From: Octopus vulgaris
Lineage: Eukaryota
DNA length: 64,000 nt
Assembly: GCA_951406725.2 (NCBI GenBank)
Contig: OX597819.1
Location: forward strand, 118,978,001 to 119,042,000
Direction: 5' to 3'
The position numbers and the translations under genes were made by a program. This document shows, piece by piece, positions 56,083-64,000 of the stretch (its first letter is position 1; every line of letters starts with the position of its first letter). A model generated the notes under the pieces. That model saw only the letters and a program-made list of their open reading frames with translations, was not told the origin of the DNA and searched no databases.

Positions 56083-57101
56083 TGCCACCACCACAACTAA
56101 CCTCATTAACACTATCATCGTCTTGATCTTTTTCGTTTTCTTCAGTGATGTAACTGTTCTTGCTAAGTGACTGAACAATTCTGAAGTATCGGTTAGCATA
56201 TTCTTTCATACGTTACTCTTGTTTTCTCGCCGTAAATAATCCATTTACTTCCTTTGTTGATTAAGTTACACGGAAACTAACATGCAATATTCGCTTGGAC
56301 CTTCCCTTTGATTACGATCAAAAGGCAGGATTTCATGATCGTTAAATCATTTTGTTTTTTTCTTAAATTCTTAATGTCATTTAAAGAAACATGGATTACA
56401 AAAAAATATCATTAAATGATGAAGGTGAATGGAAGTGTGAAAGATGGCGCAATTAATACAAAGATCGAGGAAGGATGTTATAATTACTAAACAGCATTGT
56501 GAAGCCACAACAAAAGCCCCTGCTTGAAGACAACCAGTTATGTTGTCTCCTTAGTAATAATGACTCTTCTTATAAACACCTCACCAACTACATTACCCAT
56601 CAGCATAAAGTGTGAATATGAAATATCAATTTTTTAAAAGAAAATCTCTAATCGGCAGCTTTGCTCATTCCAAAGTTTGCGGCAGGCCAGTAACTTTAAA
56701 GGGGAAAAGCTTCCTTTATCGTATAGAATCCAATGCTTAATTGGTAATTATTTTATCATGATCAATGAAAAATTGCCTGGAATACTGACATTCAAAGTCG
56801 ATTGAGTATTCAGCAGAAGAGAATGAAGCAAGTGTTAGTTAGCAGCAGCTGCAAAAGGGATGAACGGACAACAGTAATAACCGAATGCCCATCGGAGTAC
56901 GATCCGTCATAATTCCTCCGTATATGTAAGAACGTAAATATTGTTCAACACTGACGAACGTTGTTTACCGAAGTGAAAGTCGTTTCATGTTTTACGAATA
57001 AATGAAGCGTATGAAGAAATGGGAATAAGGAATAAGAATATTAGCTTATGTTATATGATATATGTTTGTATTTGACGTAGTGTGTGTGTGTATGTGTGTG
57101 T

Positions 57102-57375
57102 GGGCGTGACGGTGTAGTAAGAAGCTTGCTTCCTAACCATATAGTTCGAGGTGCAATCTCACTACATGGCACCTTGGGCAAGTGCCTGCTACTATAGCAT
57201 TGGGCACACCAAAGACTTATGAGTGGATTTGGTAAGCATCGCTTGACAACCTGGACTGGTATTTACGTCCCCGCAACTGAGCGGTTCCACAAATAGACCG
57301 ATAGAATAACTACCAGGCATTTAAATGATGTCCCGCAGCATTGCCAAAATCAAATGACTGAAACAAATAAAAGAA
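57102..57375 (+). mobile_element. SINE family A (old, internally deleted)
   Basis: GGCACCTTGGGCAAGTG...GAGTGGATTTGGTA...AATGACTGAAACAA. Confidence 0.7.
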
Positions 57376-57959
57376 TATGTATATATAGTCATCAACAAAC
57401 TTGACTGAAGGTAGGAAGAACACCAAGATTGCTAGAAAGAATTGCTAAAATGTTTCAATACTGTTATAAAGCGTAGGACATGTACTGAGATATTCCTGAG
57501 AATTTCTGTGACTCACCGGCCAGGTTCGTCTATTTACGTAGCCATCATGTGTGAGGCCAGCCCTTTCGGCTGATTCCGGGTTCTGGGCTACCTCACCTTT
57601 CGGAGTATATATATATATATATATCAATTATAACAAAGGGTAAAATTAATTAATCAATAAATTCACCAAGTAGAATTCGGCATGAAAAGGGACCATTTCT
57701 CGGAATTTTGTTTTTGTCTTTTGTTTTTTTTGTCCGGGAATATCTCATTTTAAAGTAGAGGAAATAGCTAATGTTCTCTGGCTGCTATTTCTAAACTTCG
57801 GTATGTGGTAAAGCAAATCTTTGCTGAGCCCTAATTATAATATACATATATATATATACATGCATACATACATGCATACACACATACATACATACATACA
57901 TACATACATACATACATACATACATACATACATACATACATACATAATCTTAGTCGTAC

Positions 57960-59950
57960 ACACATCTGGAGTGCCAAATGTATGTATAGTTACGGTATGT
58001 AAGGTGCGACGTATTTGTTTATTATACAAAACCTGCAATCCTGTAAAAAGCTTTATCATGCATACATTGTTTCATAATTCTACCACACTTAATCTGAAAT
58101 ACCAATGTCTGAAAACGAATATCATTTCATTTTACAGGGACGACATGAAGTTGAGAAAACCAGGCAGGCGACAGTGTAATTGAAACTTGCAATACTTTTA
58201 AAGTGATGATTACTAATTGAAGATCGCAGTAACGTTATTGATTTAGATACGGCGATTTTGCAGGATAAACCTTGTATATTCTCATCTACAGTAACTGATT
58301 ACTAAAAGCATTGTGCTTCATATGTAATTGCAGCAGATCATATTTATTTCCGACATCACCAATAAAACTGTTTGGTAAACCACGACCAGAAACAGCATAT
58401 GTTCGATAGGTGGAAAGCGGAACAATATCTAGAGAAACACAGCCTAACCCCGCAACCCTCACGGTACAGGCAAAGGCCAAACGTCATGCAACGACATAAC
58501 GCTCATAACAGCAGTAAAATCAGAAGAAAAATGCTTTCGTTATATTTATTGTGAAAACACCTTCCGAAGTGTATATCAATGCTCATAGCACAAAGCGAAA
58601 GGCCCTGAATAACAGATATACATTCGACATGTTCAAAAAATCTTGTAGTGGATTTTACGCAACACCGTTCATAGAATGGTGACAAATCCATTAGCATTTA
58701 TAACAAAATCCATCAAGAACCTTTTACATTCAAGATAGCATTAAGGTAATCTTCCCATCATAAAGATCCTGAAATATAAATTCTTAGTTATGAGAATTCT
58801 AGATATTTGTGTTAATGCTTCCCACATGACGTGGAAACTATAAACACGCAATGCATACATACGTGGATATTAGAATATGTAAGTCATACACAAATGTTTA
58901 TACCTCTAAATGTTCCTGATTTTTTTGCAATTTTCTGTTACGGCTTACCACAACAATACTAACAATAGGTTATATAAAATTCTCAAAGCCTGCATTGCAG
59001 TTGGAAATAGTAAAATGTTCTCAACACACGCTAGATTCTGCCACTGTATGTGGCAGTCACCAGGAAATCCAAGATATCCAAGATACATTGAATCTCTCTC
59101 TCCCGAACGACTACTGGAGCCAGGACTTAGATTTAGAGGTTTTCTATTACAATAAATATAATCTTTCAGGTCTATCATTATGAATAGTACTCCAAACGTT
59201 CTTGCATATCTAGGTGTGTTTGCATATTCTTTTGAATATTAATTAATCAAAAACAATAATTAATCGAGTCGTTTTCAACCTCACAGCCATCGGTGATTTT
59301 GAATCGATGCTATTGATATACATATTGAACAGTTGTAGGCCGATCATTGCATCTGAAGAAAGTACTGTGAGACGCATTCTTGTGAGATTATTGGTAGTAA
59401 TCTTTTTTTTCTTTTTTACTATTGATTCAATATTCAACATGCTATAAATAGTAGAGACGAAATATTCTTTAATGGGAAAGATATGGATTTCGATAATTCA
59501 AAAGAACAGAAGCTGGTAGTTTCTAATAAAAGATATTTAGAAAACAAAAATGCGTTTTTTCTTGTTATAATATGTTGACGTCGTGTTTTCACTAATCAGA
59601 TAATCCTAAATGTAAGCTATCGGTATAATCTCCGCAGCACACATCCAAATATAGAGGAATATTTAATTTAGATATCTTAGACAGCATCAACTCGAAGATG
59701 TATTGATCTATAATCCTATAAGAGAAAGGTGGTTGTTGAAATGTGCATTGAGAGTTTTATCAAGATGCGAGATTGAAAGTAACGTAACCATGCGAAATCG
59801 CCAGGGATTGTGATGATTCAATGTCATTAAATTCTTTATCTCCTCGCCTATATTTGTTCCTAATGTGTGGGATATGCCACATATTCCTTATTACACGTTG
59901 CTTCCATTAATTCCGCAGAAGAGAGTTACTATGTAACCATCACGTACCGA
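57960..59950 (-). pseudogene. Decayed Helitron Rep (HUH) region
   Basis: Minus strand fragments in RepHel order: KKITTNNLTRMRLTV...QLFNMYI (like KKVSxxxFYAYRLMxR...QLFxQYI), GDCHIQWQ (like IEWQKRG), a CGSIN-like segment, NAFSNQLL (like DxFARTLLY), QLHVVP. Confidence 0.5.
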
Positions 59951-59971
59951 TGCTGATTTACAAATTATCAA

Positions 59972-60472
59972 TCTCTATCCATATCTATAAAAGGCAGGAT
60001 GTGTGTGTGTGTGTGTACGTGAGTGTAGTTTATGCACGTCCAAAAATTAGCACGTATGTCGCTCCAATTTTAGGAAGACATTGGTGACGACCATGACTGT
60101 GCTTTTGTCAAATTATTTTTCCCGAGGCACCCCTGGATAGTGGTAAAATTAGCTTGTCAACCATAACTTTTACCGATTTTCACGTCGATGACTTAAGTCC
60201 CCTGTCTTATAGATTAATTCACCCAACAAAAATGCACCCGAAAAAAATTAGATTTAGATTTCCTATCAATATCAATATAGGAAACGAGAAGGAGATGAAA
60301 ATACTGACTATCAGCACACCTATTAGTAAAATGGGTCGAAACCGGGCAATAAGAGCTTGCGGGGATTCTGCTACAAAACATTCAATAATATCGAAGCAGT
60401 AACTTTCATAAATCAGGTTATAATTTTTGAAGTATCTATCTGAACCCAGTCAACGAGGCGTATTTCTGCTAG
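59972..60472 (+). mobile_element. Non-autonomous Helitron-like element
   Basis: A|TCTCTATCCATATCTATAAAA-(GT)n 5' end; GC-rich subterminal sequence followed by CTGCTAG|T 3' end; a second degenerate end CTGCTAC at about 60374. Confidence 0.55.
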
Positions 60473-60973
60473 TATTAAATATAGTTTTCTCGATGGCAAT
60501 GTTATCTTTAAAAAAATATTAACTACTTTTAATGGCATCAATTTTTGGCACAATACCAGCATTTGTAAATAGGTGGTGCTATTCGATTGAATCCTCATTG
60601 CTAACCTGGTACTGAGAAGGTGAAGAGCAACATTTTTACCTCGGTTGGACGTTTATTTAGTAATGCAATGAAAATATTATCGCACCTTCATCATGCATTG
60701 GTATCGGGATGTACTCTTATGTGAAGGAGTGGCAATCTTTTGTTATAGAAGTTGTGATGTTATCGTGGATTATATGTGGTAAGGTGATGTTCATATGCAT
60801 ATCATAGTACAGATGACACAGTACATATCACAGTACAGAAGAACCCGCTCGACCGTCTCTTCGGATGTTACTGGCCGTCCAGATACTTTTGCCATGCACA
60901 AGTTAGTTAGGCTACACAATGTTTTAATACGTCAATTGTAAAGATATATACATGGTTAAATCCTGGTTATATA

Positions 60974-61373
60974 AGCGCAGGAGTGGCTGTGTGGTAAGTA
61001 GCTTGCTAACCAACCACATGGTTCCGGGTTCAGTCCCACTGCGTGGCATCTTGGGCAAGTGTCTTCTGCTACAGCCTCGGGCCGACAAAAGCCTTGTGAG
61101 TGGATTTGTTAGACGGAAACTGAAAGAAGCCTGTCGTATATATGTATATATATGTATATATATATGTATGTGTATGTGTTTGTGTGTCTGTGTTTGTACC
61201 CCGATGCTTGTGTGTTTACGTCCCCGTCACTTAGCGGTTCGGCAAAAGAGACCGATCGAATAAGTACTGTGCTTACAAATAATAAGTCCCGGGGTCGATT
61301 TGCTCGACTAAAGGCAGTGCTCCAGCATGGCCGCAGTCAAATGACTGAAACATGTAAAAGAGTAAAAGAGAGA

Positions 61374-61374
<1 letters not shown>
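60974..61374 (+). mobile_element. Full-length SINE family A
   Basis: Nearly identical to 22704-23114. Confidence 0.9.
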
Positions 61375-61423
<49 letters not shown>

Positions 61424-62563
61424 CTCAGATACATGCGCTATTTATTGAAGCTGAAAATCTCCAATCGAAAACCAATTGTTACTCCGGAATTCACGGGATA
61501 AATTCGATCATTATAAAAATGAATTTTGGAGGACAAAACGTTGTATAATTATAATTATGCAATCATCTGGTAATTTGTGTACTGTATTTTCACCCATCAA
61601 TCAGAAGCCACTCATATCAAAATTACAGACTTTTCCTAAGTAAAACATGCATATACAATGATCAAAATATATATAATTGGTATTTTACTTCATGCCTGAA
61701 AATCCTAGTACTTTTTACAAACACGCATACTACGAGTTTATTTGAAGTAACAAAATTATACAGGGTTATCTGTGTATATATTTGTTTTATTTGCATACAG
61801 AATTGTTTTTTTTTATTTATGCTCAGGTCTATACAATGACAGTGGATTTATTAGCGTTCGTAATACGAAGGGGACATGTGCTAGATAGGCCCATGGATGA
61901 TTTTACAACATTGCTCCATTCCCATGAATTTAAGATTGCTTGTGGATGCTAGTCATATTAGTATTACCATTGATTTCACTTGCGATACATTATCATAATG
62001 GTAATGTAAAGTGTCTATACGTTTATGAGAATATTTGCAGAGAGAAGTGATCTCTAATGAGCCGAAACGTACACTAACGCGATCGATTTCTTTGGTGGCA
62101 CCTCAAACAAAATTCCCGGGAGCAATCAAGACAATAATGGTATCACTGACCTCGCACTGAAACAAGGGATATGAATTATCGACTTATTCAATAGATCCTT
62201 CCTATTATTTACGAACATACATTAGGGCTTCCTGTCCATAGTTAACGTGTTAAAAAATAGCATATCCTGTGTTATGGATTCAGTTTAGGAATTTCAGAAA
62301 TCTAATAGTAGTATATCTGTGCGACTACAAATTCACAACATTCTAATCCTGAGTTTTGCAGTTCTTTTACAGAGATTTATGAATATAAAAGCATATATCT
62401 GTTTTTGCATATAAAACGGTACAAGATTATAGGTGTGTACACGAAAGATTATGTAAAAATCTGTGTGTGCATTCATACCTATATATTAATGTGTATAGAC
62501 CTGTAGTGATTTATGCCTACATATATATGTATATATAAACGCGCATTTACTAAATCGCATATA

Positions 62564-62905
<342 letters not shown>

Positions 62906-63360
62906 GTTTCTGATTGTGTTTGTGTATATATATATATATTATACGTGTATGTGTGTGGTCGCGCGTGGTGTGTGTTTGATCATTTGTAAGACAACAAGAG
63001 AGAGAGAGAGGGAGAGAGAGAGAGAGAGAGAGAGAGGGGTTGCATAAGGAGAAAGTATCAGGACCGGCGATAAAAGGATGGTGAAATAGAAGAAGAATAG
63101 AAATTGGAAGTGAAAAAATCGATATGGCATGCTTTAGTCGGAGTATAGCCAGTCAAAATCATTTAGTAACAAAGATATCGTGAAATTTAATCAAGGCTAT
63201 CTTAATAGCATCTAGGTGCATTCCACTACCCAATGCTGCCTGATTAAGAAATAAGTTTTGACATCTTACTGCAAAATTTCTTGCACATGCATTTTATCCA
63301 TCATGCCAACTTGGAATACCTATTCCACAGAAAACATTATATGTGTATACGTGTATATAC

Positions 63361-63416
<56 letters not shown>

Positions 63417-63689
63417 TAGTAACTGCAAGCATAAAAATACCAAAATACCAATGGAAGAAAAAATGTGAAGTAATAAGCAATTGGAATGTCAGGAATGCTA
63501 GAATGGATTCGGCAAAATATATGGATTATCGGTATAAAAAGAAAATTGCAGATCAAAAACAAAATTATACGTGCAAAAGTTTTTCACCATGTAATACTCT
63601 GTCTATGAATTTATATAAGTTTTTATTTATTCTCTTTACATATCTGTCTCTCAATCTCTCTCTCTTCCTCTCAATCATACATACGTGTA

Positions 63690-63724
<35 letters not shown>

Positions 63725-64000
63725 ATATATGGAGAAGGCTAGCCACTGGATTTGGTTAAAAAGAGACGATGAGCGATGGCTTGAAGGATATTGAGCTTTA
63801 TTTGATAATCATCTGATCTAGCAAGCCTCATATCAGTGAGGGGGGGTGCGTCTGCTAATACTTTACATATACCACGTCCTCACATTGTTGTCATTGTTTT
63901 GTGTTCATTTTTGGTATTTACTATATAGATATATATGATGTAGAAATTTATATTCTGTATGTGTGATTGTGTGTTTGTCTTTGTGTGTGTGTGCCTACAC

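Noticed and set aside
55735-56209. Poly-Leu and poly-Ile ORFs resembling membrane proteins
   Set aside because: (AAT)n microsatellite
56947-56992. CTGACGA...GAAA motif
   Set aside because: Stems II and III do not pair convincingly
62046-62075. Hammerhead-like AGTG-ATCT-CTAATGA-GCC-GAAAC-GTA-CACT
   Set aside because: Mutated core and no possible stem II; probably chance

Overview
AT-rich eukaryotic non-coding DNA saturated with microsatellites ((TA)n, (CA)n, (AAT)n, (TACA)n) and transposable-element debris. The SINE families and repeat style point to an octopus or other cephalopod genome (inference). I found no convincing host protein-coding gene; most ORFs in the track are translated microsatellites or SINEs. 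Recognisable elements: three tRNA-derived SINE families in many copies, a young 5'-truncated Penelope-like element with an open RT-thumb plus GIY-YIG frame (11444-12403), three tandem R4/Dong-type LINE 3' fragments among (AAT)n tracts, RTE, CR1/Jockey and HERO-like LINE remnants, several Tc1/mariner relics, a piggyBac relic, Helitron relics and MITEs, including a GG-ended family carrying TTAGGG repeats. The most interesting signal is a set of type I hammerhead-ribozyme motifs in at least four different repeat contexts. One lies directly downstream of a tRNA-type Pol III promoter (SINE/retrozyme-like), and two have a non-canonical CCGANGA core. Several repeat-derived fold-back palindromes are also present. 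All calls come from manual reading without database searches, and boundaries of decayed elements are approximate.
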